DNA of 64,000 bases, from contig OZ004609.1 in the NCBI GenBank assembly GCA_963924565.1, forward strand, positions 7,502,001 through 7,566,000, given 5' to 3'. The position numbers and the translations under genes are program-made. The stretch comes from Ascidiella aspersa. Taxonomy: Eukaryota. Shown in pieces: positions 51,301 to 64,000 of the stretch. The notes below the pieces were generated by a model. It was not told where the DNA came from. It made no database searches and worked only from the letters and a program-made list of their open reading frames with translations. Numbering within the stretch: the stretch's first letter is position 1; each line of letters starts with the position of its first letter.

Positions 51301-54300
51301 TATAGCACTTGATTTGTCAAGATTAAAATCGTTTTCCACATATCTTGACGTTTACTTAACACTGTGATATATTTATAAACAACTATATGGAATTGCAAGA
51401 ATGTGCCAAAAAATGTCCTACGGTAATGACTACGTTATCACACATATTAAATTTAAACTTTTTAAAATGCCAAATGCAATCGCAGTAAGATTATTGTTGC
51501 ATATGTTTGGTATTTAGATTTTTTAAGTGAATAAGTATTGAAGGTATCCAACCGTGAGACCAACTCCTTGTGGTAATCTTCAACCGCTGTTTTCTTTGCC
51601 GCAAGAGCAGTGCCATAATCGCTTTTTGCTTTTGTGACTTTACCGTCGATATCTTCGTTGTAGAGTCTTATCTTTTCATCCCTTTCGTCGCGAAGTGTTT
51701 GTTTATCCGCCTCCTCTTCTTTGGCACTGTTAGAAAGAAAAAAAACATTATTACAAGGTTTTGTGAATCTCTTTTGTGAAAAAAACAAATAAACATTAAA
51801 CTGGATCTTTAACAGAAAAATAAATTGAGCATAAATTAATGTATCAGGCAGTTTATTGGCCGTACGAAAATTCGAGTTTGTATGTTTTTTTGTTTAAAAT
51901 TTATTAGGCTAATGTTCACCACCAACCATTTCGGACTGTCGTTTTAGCTTTTAAACCAGTGGTTCCCAAACATGTTTGGCTCGCTGCACACATAAAAATC
52001 TTAAGTATTTCGCGGCACACTTTTAACAGAAAACAATAGAGTAATCTTAAAATCGCCCTTAACACACGACGAACTATATGTAAAAGTCTCAAAATTATTA
52101 GTTTGTAATGGATAGTGCGTATTTAAGTGTAAAATGATTGTGTATATGCCTATTTGTAATACAAATACTTATTACTAAATCATGAAATGTTAATATAAAG
52201 AACGTCTAATTACTCAATCAAGTATTTGTAATATGTTTCAATGTGATTCTTGAAGGCATCTTTGTAGAGGCCGGCACGCTTGTCTAAGTCGGCTTCCCAG
52301 TCGGTTTTACGCGAGTCCATCTCTCCAGTGATCCTAGTGTACTCAGTTGAAAGTTCTCCTTCCATTTCTGTTTTGACTTCGTCGACGGTTTTTTCTGCAA
52401 AACAATGGTGATTTTCAGACGGAGAAGCATTACCAAGCTAATACCCTGCATTAAAGAATAACGTTAAGCTTTTTGCATTCATAAACAGCTTCAACTTACA
52501 AGACAAACTTAACTGCTAGATTTTTGACGGTAATGAATAAATAATAAATAAAAGGGGTGGGGCACTGCTAGATTTAGCACTTGCAGATTATTGCGTCATA
52601 ATTAAATAAAAACAATGTGGTTTCGAGGGGCGCAAGAGAGTATTGCCAACAAGGGAGCGGCGAAATGTGCAGCCAACTGAACAACTCGGTGGAAATCTGT
52701 TTTTGGGCTGGATGCCGGAGGGTAATTCGTGGTGGCTATGCGAGGCCAAAGAGTTCCCGAACGAATTTATGCGAGGCAACTTCGCAAAAGTTTTATTTTG
52801 TCTCCCAAAACCTATGCGCAACGTTGTTCAACAGCTGTCTAGCAGTAACAGTTGACCTAAAGTGCGAGTATTACGTCACAATGCCGTGTAAGGTGGCGTG
52901 ATTTTCTAGTGCTGTAGAGAAAGGCCAGTTTAGTAGTGAGTGTATTTCGCAAAAGAAAAAGTAGGCGAGCACTTTGCTTTTTCCTTTGCGCATATGCAAG
53001 GTTGTTTCATGTTTTGAAGTTTGCATATCATACGCAGGCTGCTTAAAGTTTAGCAAAAACTTTTAAATTTAGAGCAACACCAAAAATTATTTATTTAAAC
53101 AAAATTTCTCCTTACATAGAGCAAAAATGTCTCTTCTAATCTTGTTTTAACGCTCTGCGCCTTGATTTCATTCTTATTTTTGGCGGTAATTAATTTTAGT
53201 TATTCATTGCAAAACTGTATTGTTTTTGAAAACCAGAAATTGGTGATAATCTAAGAAAGCGTCAAACCTTGCCATCCCTCTGTCCCACAGTCGCTCTTTG
53301 GGTAGTAGCTAAGGATTTTAGTGTAGTAACTGCTCGTGCACCAGCAGCTCTTGAAGTAGACATTAAACCTCCAGAAGGTGTAGGGAGGGTAAACGTTGAA
53401 ATGGTGGGAGCAGTAGTACTTGTAGCCGTACGTATAATAATACGAACCGGCGTTGGCCGCCTGCATTAAACAAAATGCTGTGATTGGCAAAGTTTTTATT
53501 CAGGGAAATTGAAAGTTAAGGTTCCTTAAGCAAATTAATGGACTTAACCTTTACAGTTTTTAGACAAACTTCAAACAAAGTATATTTTTTTTATGTATTT
53601 GTTTAATCTAAACAATATTCAAAACACAACCAATTTCATTTCAAACCGGCGCTTCTCCTTACCAAGGTAAAAAAGGCAAACACGCGTGGTTGCTGATTAT
53701 TTTTATTGGTTAAGCTCAATTTTAACCTCGCAGCAGCCGCAACCAGGATTCCCCGTAGTTGACAAATTCATTAGCAGGCTTAAATAGGTTGGGCTGCACA
53801 CATGTTTTCTGTATTCTTAACTACGATAACCAGTATACCATACGTAAGTAAGTTGCTGAGCACCTGTGTTTAGAAAACCAAAACAGCCTTGAAGCTCTTT
53901 TTTTAATTGTTGAAAAACGTACTATACACAAATCGAAAATGGCTAATGAAAATACAACAACAAAAACAACAAGTTACGGGTTTTGTTTGAAATATTCAGC
54001 AATTTGTTTTATGTTTTACTTGTTTTAGTGCAATACCACAGGCGTTTTGTTTTCAAAAATAACTTTACAAAAATAGAAGAAAAAAGAACTGGAGAAAAAA
54101 TTACGAGTTTTAGGCGATAAAACAGTGAGAAATCATTTAAAGGAATAAACATTTAAGGGGATACACTTAAACGCGCTTTATTATTAGCAGGCTCACTTCC
54201 CATCTGTCAACTGTGGGGAATAAAGTATAAAAGTCAAACAAACAACGCGTATATTTCTACTGAATTCGCCTAGAATTAGGCGGTATTTCCAACCACTCAA

Positions 54301-56330
54301 CAAAATCAAAACAGTCTCAATAATGGATTGTAGATTGTTGGTAAATTTATCGGGCCTTCAACACATCTAGCCTTGTGTAAGGACAAAAGCTGCCTTATAT
54401 AAAATTTTCAAGTGCGTAGTGGTTAAACGAGGGGTGACACATTTTTCGATGCCGATAATTGTAACAGAGAAACATTGTTTTTTGCAAAAACTAAATTAAT
54501 TTTTTTTTTGTTTTCTATTAAAAAGTCATTCAATTTTTTCCCAAAAATACAGCTTTTAGAAATACGTGGAGGGAAAATCAATTGTTTTAAAGCTAGCGAC
54601 CTGAAAATTTTTTTAGTATGTTTTGTTGTTGCTAGGGTTGATTAAAATAGGCTTGCAAAAAATTGTGTCCCTCTTTTTGTTCAACTAATTACTCGCAATC
54701 ATTCTCAGTGCCTTAACCAACGTCTGCTGGAACGAAAGAAAAAGCTATTATTTGATGGTTGCTTGAAATCGCGATTTAAACATTCAAGTTTACAATGTGC
54801 CTTTATCACCTGTCGGATCCACTTTAATCTGATTTTTATGTTAAGATAGTAAATTTTACCAGGGATACCAACTACCACAGTCGCACGTTATGCTATTATT
54901 GTTCCCTAACGTTACGACGCACAAACAGTTTTAAAGACCTTATGCGAACATTGAAAACAACAAAATTATGCCGTTGTTTTACGTCATGTTCGGGTTTTGA
55001 TTTTTAAAAGCACATGAAAAATCTAAGGAATATATCAAATAAATTGAGTCGAAACTAGAAATGTTTTGGTAAAACTAAAAGCCCGATTACCAAATTGGCG
55101 CAAGAGACACCAATTATTATCACTATCGTTTAGGAGGCCAAGATTAGTGTTTTTTATAATTAAACACAACACGTGTAGTTCTAAAATCTAGACTGCGTAT
55201 ATAGCAGTAGAAAGAAATGCGTCCCTACGGTCGTGGAATAGACAAATCTCTGTGCAATATAAATATAGTAAATTAAAATAAAAACACTAATTTTTGTTTG
55301 AAGCCGTACTTTATAAACCTTTTGCCCAAACGCAATTCTTGTATCTACATCGGGGTAGACTTTTAAATAAATTGTATTTAGTGCTTAGCCGCAATATTTT
55401 TGTGATGTTTTTTGTTTCTTTTGTTTTCATATATCTCAATTGAAATATTTTTAGTATCAGAGCTGATATGCCCGGTGCTAAGTGATATAGTATCGGCACT
55501 CGTCCGATATTCTTGTGGTATCGGTGCTAATTTAATCCAACACGATATTGCAATTTGTTTTGCGAGCAAAAGTTGTTAACAGTCAAAAAAGATATTTCAA
55601 AATCGTTGTTCATCAACAACCAAGGGTAATTGGGCTTCTCAAAGCGCAAGATCACATTAACCTTGACAAAATGCCTACACACGTTTTAAGTTCGCCAATT
55701 TGACTTGTTTGGCCATCGTAGCAACGTTAATCGACTGCGCTTCCGTACTTCGCCCCAAATATCGGCAATCGGAATAAAACACGAAAGATTAGAGAACCCT
55801 CTATAGTCACCAAAAGTATTACAGAGCTCTTGGTAATTAACCGTGTTACCGTCTATTTGTGATTTCATACTTGAGGCAATGCACCTGGATAAACGTTAGT
55901 TTTTCGCTACAGTTTTATCTGCAGTTGTTTGTTTTAGACCTAACGAGTATAACTGTGAAGAAAAAAATGGTTTAGTGTCAAATCACGGGCTTGGGCATTT
56001 TACCACAATCTTCCCGGAAACGTTTCTGCAAATCATCGAAAAAAAAACCCTGCAAAACGTGAAGAAAGGTGGCAAGAAATGCCACATAACGTTAGCACTA
56101 GTGTCCTTTTCTAAAAGACGTTCAACATGCCAGTAACGTAAATTCATCGTTGGGTGACGTCATACTGCTGTGTCGTCCGAGGAAATCTATAGCTGTAAAT
56201 TGACAGAAAATTTCTCCAGAGGTTTAGCAAGAGGCACAAAGCAAGGACGAAATAAGCGTCACTGCTTTCGAAAAAAATATTAACGAGAACTCACCGCAAT
56301 GCAAGCCAGTAAAACGATCAGGATTCTCAT
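48345..56330 (-). CDS. Copy E: apparently intact 11-exon gene
   Basis: Exons: 56330-56295, 53460-53268, 52394-52214, 51726-51553, 51242-51082, 51013-50791, 50480-50359, 50073-49869, 49656-49344, 49137-48824, 48399-48345. Splice sites are retained. Confidence 0.88.
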
Positions 56331-59300
56331 CTTCTGCAAGTTCTCTTCCTCTTGTCTTCGAGTGAAAGACTGAAGATGGCTTATTGGAGCGGCGATTATA
56401 TAGAGTATCGCGTGGCTTTGAAGAGGTGCTGTTTTTAACAACCAAGAAAAATATTTTTGGGGCCGCTGTTGGAGCACCGGACACCTGAGACGCAAAGCAC
56501 TCTCGACAAATCGCGTCGTGGCCCTCATGCAAGCGCGTTAAGCTAACCTTCAAGTGTAGTTTCGTGCATGCCTGCCACTCTCGCCTGTCAATCATCCTGC
56601 ATCTCGTCTCTACTGCGAACGGTTTGTTACATTGATCAAGGGTCTAATCGCGCAGTAATTGCTCTCGGGACGCAAAATTCCGCTAGGTTTGCGACCTCTG
56701 AAGTTCCACCTGACGATTGTTGAAGAGCTCTCGTCCAGAGCCGACCGATTCCGTGACGATCGAATCGAAGAGGTTTGTATGTTTAAGCACTACCTGCCGA
56801 TGAATCGATAGCTCGCGCAACAATCAATTCCTCTCGTGCCGATGCAATGTTTTCAACTTGTTATGACGTTGACGATGATGTTGCTATGCCACGTGGTGCA
56901 CACATGTCAAGCGCTAACTAGGAAAATCTACCGGTAATTTTCCACTGTGGTTGGATTCCGCTGACAGTTATCCAGACACTGCAAAAATGGATGCTCTCTT
57001 AATTAGTTGATGTCTGGATCGCATTTAAGTGAAATGCAGCACTAGGCTACAAAACAATACTATGACTATCAATATCATCACTGTTTACTTTGATGTAAAT
57101 CATTCAACACACTAATAAAAGGTGATGTATTTAACTTATCTTTGTTTTTGTCTCAAGCTGTGTCTAAATCAAATAATTTTGTTAATAACGCTTCAGATGT
57201 GTAAGCAAATTATATAAGACCCATTTGTTTTTTTGTCCGATTGGGTTTTACAGTGTAAATTTCCGAACATCTACATTTTTCCTTGTGTGTTTCGTAAAAT
57301 GCTTGCTGCACGTTAAGCCCCAAAGCTGTGTTTTAATTGTTTCAATGTGGTTCGCAACAGCGCCACCTTGCAGTAGATACATTTTATTTTAGGCACAACA
57401 ATTGGCGCTGTTTTCGAATTATCCGTGACGATCGAACCACTGAGGTTTGTCTGTTTTAAGCATAACCTGCCGATGAATCGAGAGCTCGGGCAGCAATCAA
57501 TTGCTCTCGTGACGATGCAATGTTTTCCGGTTGTTATGACGTTGACGATGAGGTTGCTATGTCACGTGGCTCACAGATGTCAAGCGCTAAATTGGAACTT
57601 ACTGGTAATTTTCCACTGGGATGTATATCAATCAAAGCAGCACTTAGAGTGTATTCGGGTTTTGATTTACCACCTTAGCTTGCCCTGTTAACACGAATTT
57701 AGGCACTTTACAACTACTCCTATCTCACATATTTATGGAACATTTCTTTACGACAAACAGTTAACCTAAAGTCTTTTTAAAAACCCAGTTTAAAAACCTG
57801 GGTATGCGTGTGTATGAAGATGGAATTATCTAATTTGATAGGCGCATTATTTCACTTTAAAAAATACATTTTAATGTTTTTAACAATAGTTTATAAAATA
57901 AAGTGTTTTTTATCTTGTGTCGATCTTAAACGTATTGTTTAGGTATCACTAATCAGTAACCTGCACTTGATAATTTCGGGGACTTTGGCAAGTTCTGAAC
58001 GTTTTAAAATAAATGTAGCAATTATTTTAGCGAAACCGGAAGAAAATACCCTGGTCTGTGTTTGAATTGGTTAACAAGTACTCAAACACGCCACCTAGCA
58101 GCACAAAGATAATTTAGTAACTGTTACATTTGGCGTTTTTGTTTAAACTTTAGTTGAAATCACTTTTCGGAAAAGCAGCTTTATGTATTGGGAAGTAGTA
58201 ATGTTCTTACAACATATCTCCCTTTAAATTTTGTTTTATTCTGTATTTTCTGTTGGGGAAAACGAAATTTAAATATAGTTGTTTTTATTCAATTTTCGAG
58301 TCATAAATAATATGACTATAGGCCTATCACTTTGCCTCCACTCCAATGCATATTGGCCAAATAGGTGTTTTAGTTTGTATTTATTAAAGGAGGAATTAAA
58401 ATATTCTCTTAAATGTGCATTGGTTCTGAATATGCTAAAGTATATTCAAAATAAAGCGGCTATTTTTTAACATACCCGTGTATGGCAAAGATTATTTAGA
58501 TATTAGTAGGTTTTCTGCAACATATCAGATTTCATGTTGTGCTAAACGGGCTTGAAATGGTTAACTTTTGCATACGCAATAAACTCCTAGATTCAATGTA
58601 GAGTAACTAAATCAGGAAACTTCATTAGGAACATTTTGGTTTATAATTTTTGGCAGTTGAAAAATATTTGTATAATTTTAAGCGCTTAGCATATTTTCAG
58701 ACAAAACTGCATAAACGTTATTGCTACACTTCATAAATAATATTGTTGCAAAGTTGTATTCAGGTGAAAAGACAAACAAGGATAAGCATCGATGAAGAAT
58801 ACCGCTCGATTTTTTGGTTGCGGGGAAGCTGGAAAGGATTGTCTGGCGAGCGGTGATATAGGCAGCTAGTTGAAGAATTTGTGGAAAGTTGCAGTTCGGG
58901 ACGGGCGCAAGTGGGTCGGGCTTTGCGGTGAGGGGCAGCCAAAGGGCTTTCGGACAAATTCGGGTTTGCAAAAGGTTTATTTTGTTTCCAAAACTGTCTG
59001 CGCAACGTTGTTCAGCAGCTAGCTAGCTAGCAGCAAGCAGTTTCACCTTAGGCTCGATTGTTACGTCATAATGCCCTGGAAGGTGGCGAGATTCGTATGC
59101 GCTAATGCATTAGGGAAAAAGGCCGGTTCAGTATTGGGAGTTTTTTTCTTTGCGATTAGGAGCGTTTATTGGTTTTTGTTTAGTTGTTTATGTTCGACAC
59201 AATAAGTCAAAATTTCAAAGTGTTAAAACAAGTTGCGCTTTATTGTTGCTAAAGGGAAAAATAGTTAGAGCTCTAGATTTTATCACATTTTAGTCGCCAT

Positions 59301-59571
59301 CGAAAATGGGCAAGTTGTTCGAGGGTGCTAACAAACATAAAATGAATGTTGATACTCCTGTTTTATCCTATATCATTAGCAGTATTTCCTGAAATCAAAC
59401 AAAACCGTCTGCCCAAAAAAGTCAACTTGAAACAAACACAATTTAATGTTGTTATTTTTGTTTTATTTTTCCGCAACGATGTTGGAAATCAAGTGAAGGC
59501 TTATTAAGTAAACCATCACAATTCTAAGTGACACTACGTTTCCGAACATCGTCTGCTGGTTGACGGTATAC

Positions 59572-62500
59572 TCAGCAGAACCTGTAGCGACCTCCGTAGC
59601 AAGACAGGCGGTATCTGTAGGTACGGCTGAAAGAAAACAACAAGGATTAGGTACAAACCAAATATCAGCTTAAAAATTCCAAAACGCTTTGCGGTTGAAT
59701 TCTATTGACATGTGTGCCGCTATTTTTCGTTAGAATGGATAAAAGTCAATTAACTATATACTAAATGTAAAAAACGCTTCACAAAACGGAATAACCTAGG
59801 ATTAAAAACAAAAAAGTTTTGCAAACCTTAACATAACATAACGACAACATTTTCCAAATTACATTACGTAAAGGGCTAGATTCCAATTTGTTTACATGGG
59901 TGCAAAATAGTTAAGACCATAATATTCTCCATCCGAAAGAGATCGTCTTCATAGAACAGAAACACTAAACTATTGCCAATCTTATTGCAACGGGAAAACA
60001 GCAGGAAAGGTGAAATTAATCTAATTGCAATTAAGTAAAAGGCGACTTACCAGTAAGAGCGGTACTTGTAGCGGTAGGTGCAGCCGCTTGGATAGCAGAT
60101 GCTCCACTTGTAGTAGTTGCCGAAGCAGAAGCCGGGCAAGCACCACCTGGTGATCTTGCATTTGTAACAGCACGAATAATGCTGAACCAAAGCGGGCAAG
60201 TCGGTTTGCCAGCACTCGTCGAACTTGGCAAGGATCTCGTCATCCCTGTATTTGTTCAATGCAGCGAGATAACTGGTGAGGAGTGTGGTGACCTCATCGG
60301 GCAAGGTTTCGCCGAACATGAACTTCAGCATGCTCGTGTAACGACCAATTTGAACTTGAATGGCCTGGAAAGTGCAGTTTCCAAATAAAAACTGGCTCGT
60401 TGAATAAAAGGTATTCGCACAGTTTTGCCCAGCGTATGGTGTAGCACTTTTATTTGCGAGTGACCAAAAAACTGAAATCAAGTGCAGAATATTTGTGCAA
60501 TATTTACTTAATCAACACCGTGTAAATATAATAATACGTTAGACCCCTTAGATTTACTCACATCGTCAACGGCCTTCTTAAGACATTCGCGTTGTGCGTC
60601 GCGTTTTCCTTCCAACTTTGTCTGATATTCACCGATTGCCGTAGTTCTGTCAGTAAGACACGTTGAGTACTTGGTTTTGACGTCTTCGATGTAGCCTTCA
60701 AGACGCAGTTTGTAGGCGTCGCGTTTTGCGTTGAAGTCTGTCTCGGCATCATCACGGTAACCCTTGAGCTTTTCCTCGTATTCTGTCACTTTGCCGTCAA
60801 CCAAACCTTCCAATTCGCTCCTTTTAGCGTCAACCGCTGTTTGCTGCTCGGTCGTCAGCTCCTTGGAATTGTTGCTGCAAAGTCAAATAATAACAGTTTA
60901 AGCAATTTCAATTAAAAAGTAGTTGATTTTCAGATTTCTGATAACAAGTAGTTGATTTTTGTAAAACAAAGCTCAAGTGATGTTCGAACCAAAAAACGTC
61001 GGAATGGGGACACAAGCAAACTGGAATGAGTTCGAAACTTGGTGAAAGAACGATGTGCTAATGCGGCGATGAAGAAAGCAACTTACATGCAATAGTAGTG
61101 GTTGATCAATTGGTTGACTTCCCACTCGTCACGAGCCTCGACCACTTGGCGATACTTAGTGGAGTAAGTTGCATGGATACCCTCCCACTTGAGCTTCCAA
61201 GCGTCGAACAAGCCTTGGATTTTAGTGATTGCGTCGTCCTTTGCTGTTGTCATATCCTTAACGGCATCGTCTGCTGTTGGGTTAACTGCGTCTGTAAATA
61301 GAAGCACAAGTCAAAACAAAATTCATGGCAATATAAGTGTAAACATTGTGCTCCTAAAGAAAAGCCGTGGATAGACGACATTCAAAAAGTGGTTAAAAAT
61401 CTATTAAAAGGCGACAAATCGTATTAAACGGCTTTCATGAAAAAGTTTCATAGTTCCTTTAAAAGTCAAATATTGCTTTTTTATGGCAATAAAAACGTAA
61501 CTAAAAACAAGGTAAAGTATAAATTATTCAAGTTTCGTTTGAAAACTAAACAGAAAGTATCGCATGGTTTACTTACCAACGTCGCAAGTCTTCAGGCCAG
61601 TGTAGCTGACTTTACGCCATCTGTAGCAGAATGGGCCGATGGAGTATGAGCGGACACAATAACTGCTCTTGAAGCAGTACCAGTTTCTCAGACTGCGACT
61701 TTAAACGAAATTAACATTGAGTGGATACTATCTACTGAATTACAACAGGTTTTTAGAAATAATTTACGTGTTTAACATTCTGGTAAGAGTTTGTCAATTG
61801 TAATAACTTTTGTGGCACTTAACCCGTTTCGTATAGGCAGGTTCATATTGACCGTATGAATATTTTGAATAGGCAATATAATTATGTAGAAAAAGTACTA
61901 GGAATTGTGGAACACGTTTGTTGATATATTTAGTATTTGTTAAAATAGCATTGTTTTATTTGTTATTGTGCGATATTCTGTTTAGTTTTGCAGAATCAAA
62001 GCACTCACCATCCATGATAGTAGTTACGCTTGTAGAATTTGAGGTAACAATTGGTGAGGAAGCATCTGTAGGCGCAAGAGTAGTACATGACAAGCTTATC
62101 CTTATTTTCGTTCAGCTTGGTTTCGTATTCATCCGCCCAACCAGTGATCTTAGCAGTTTCGTCATCGCTGTACTTGGTAATGGCAGCTTCAATCACCTCG
62201 TCGGTCAAATGTGTTTCCGTGTCCAACTTTTCTGTAAATTGTTGCATTGCAATGACTCGAGCAGTTATCGCATTGTAAGTTGCTCGACGTCCAACCTACC
62301 GTGAGCGCGTTCAAGGGAGCAACGAAGAGCCGCCTTCTTCTGTTCAAGGATTTTGTTGTGGTATTCGGTGAACTTCGTCTTGTAGTCGGTCACCTTTTGA
62401 GCCAGGGCGGACGTGTATTCAGTGATCTTGGTGTTCCTTGTGTTAAGGCATTCGACGGCACTGCAAACAATATTTGACGGTTTGAATGGCATATTAAAAG

Positions 62501-63612
62501 GTACTGTGTTTGCTAAATTATAGCACTTGATTTGTCAAGATTAAAATCGTTTTCCACATATCTTGACGTTTACTTAACACTGTGATATATTTATAAACAA
62601 CTATATGGAATTGCAAGAATGTGCCAAAAAATGTCCTACGGTAATGACTACGTTATCACACATATTAAATTTAAACTTTTTAAAATGCCAAATGCAATCG
62701 CAGTAAGATTATTGTTGCATATGTTTGGTATTTAGATTTTTTAAGTGAATAAGTATTGAAGGTATCCAACCGTGAGACCAACTCCTTGTGGTAATCTTCA
62801 ACCGCTGTTTTCTTTGCCGCAAGAGCAGTGCCATAATCGCTTTTTGCTTTTGTGACTTTACCGTCGATATCTTCGTTGTAGAGTCTTATCTTTTCATCCC
62901 TTTCGTCGCGAAGTGTTTGTTTATCCGCCTCCTCTTCTTTGGCACTGTTAGAAAGAAAAAAAACATTATTACAAGGTTTTGTGAATCTCTTTTGTGAAAA
63001 AAACAAATAAACATTAAACTGGATCTTTAACAGAAAAATAAATTGAGCATAAATTAATGTATCAGGCAGTTTATTGGCCGTACGAAAATTCGAGTTTGTA
63101 TGTTTTTTTGTTTAAAATTTATTAGGCTAATGTTCACCACCAACCATTTCGGACTGTCGTTTTAGCTTTTAAACCAGTGGTTCCCAAACATGTTTGGCTC
63201 GCTGCACACATAAAAATCTTAAGTATTTCGCGGCACACTTTTAACAGAAAACAATAGAGTAATCTTAAAATCGCCCTTAACACACGACGAACTATATGTA
63301 AAAGTCTCAAAATTATTAGTTTGTAATGGATAGTGCGTATTTAAGTGTAAAATGATTGTGTATATGCCTATTTGTAATACAAATACTTATTACTAAATCA
63401 TGAAATGTTAATATAAAGAACGTCTAATTACTCAATCAAGTATTTGTAATATGTTTCAATGTGATTCTTGAAGGCATCTTTGTAGAGGCCGGCACGCTTG
63501 TCTAAGTCGGCTTCCCAGTCGGTTTTACGCGAGTCCATCTCTCCAGTGATCCTAGTGTACTCAGTTGAAAGTTCTCCTTCCATTTCTGTTTTGACTTCGT
63601 CGACGGTTTTTT
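59572..63612 (-). CDS. Copy F: exons 3-11 (exons 1-2 would lie right of the window)
   Basis: Exons: 63612-63432, 62944-62771, 62460-62300, 62231-62009, 61698-61577, 61291-61087, 60874-60562, 60364-60051, 59626-59572. Confidence 0.86.
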
Positions 63613-64000
63613 CTGCAAAACAATGGTGATTTTCAGACGGAGAAGCATTACCAAGCTAATACCCTGCATTGAAGAATAACGTTAAGCTTTTTGCATTCAT
63701 AAACAGCTTCAACTTACAAGACAAACTTAACTGCTAGATTTTTGACGGTAATGAATAAATAATAAATAAAAGGGGTGGGGCACTGCTAGATTTAGCACTT
63801 GCAGATTATTGCGTCATAATTAAATAAAAACAATGTGGTTTCGAGGGGCGCAAGAGAGTGTTGCCAACAAGGGAGCGGCGAAATGTGCAGCCAACTGAAC
63901 AACTCGGTGGAAATCTGTTTTTGGGCTGGATGCCGGAGGGTAATTCGTGGTGGCTATGCGAGGCCAAAGAGTTCCCGAACGAATTTATGCGAGGCAACTT

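Larger units (their letters stand above)
1..64000. repeat. Tandem array of an ~11.2-kb gene-containing unit (~5.7 copies, extending beyond both window edges)
   Basis: The anchor taccaaattggcg recurs at 1, 11213, 32661, 43865 and 55088, and is deleted near 21506. ORF-track offsets between successive units are 11212, 10237, 11211, 11204 and 11225. Copies differ by scattered SNPs and indels. Confidence 0.99.

Noticed and set aside
1-64000. CRISPR array, rRNA/tRNA genes, prokaryotic operon or autonomous transposon
   Set aside because: I saw no short repeat-spacer pattern, no recognisable structural RNA and no transposase or RT ORF. The spliceosomal intron structure shows eukaryotic DNA.

Overview
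Eukaryotic, AT-rich animal DNA (probably a marine invertebrate such as an ascidian; this is inference). The whole window is a head-to-tail array of about 5.7 near-identical copies of an ~11.2-kb unit. Each unit carries one minus-strand 11-exon gene. I spliced it by hand and all ten intron phases are compatible. The product is a ~658-aa secreted protein that I cannot assign to a family with certainty. It has a signal peptide, then three cationic Tyr/Cys/Trp-rich blocks separated by two long charged alpha-helical rods with 11/22-residue periodicity, and its two halves are an ancient ~300-aa duplication. Copies A, D and E look intact. Copy B has lost exon 2 through an 878-bp microhomology deletion, which frameshifts it. 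Copy C has a GT>GC donor change. The copies at either edge run off the window. Copies are recombinant mosaics, and amino-acid changes cluster in exons 10-11. Each unit also has a TATA+Inr core promoter, a duplicated ~197-bp upstream block split by a CACTG-ended MITE, a diverged ~330-bp element present twice, a CTCF-like motif and a hAT end remnant. Most ORFs in the supplied track are exon fragments, antisense shadows or chance ORFs.
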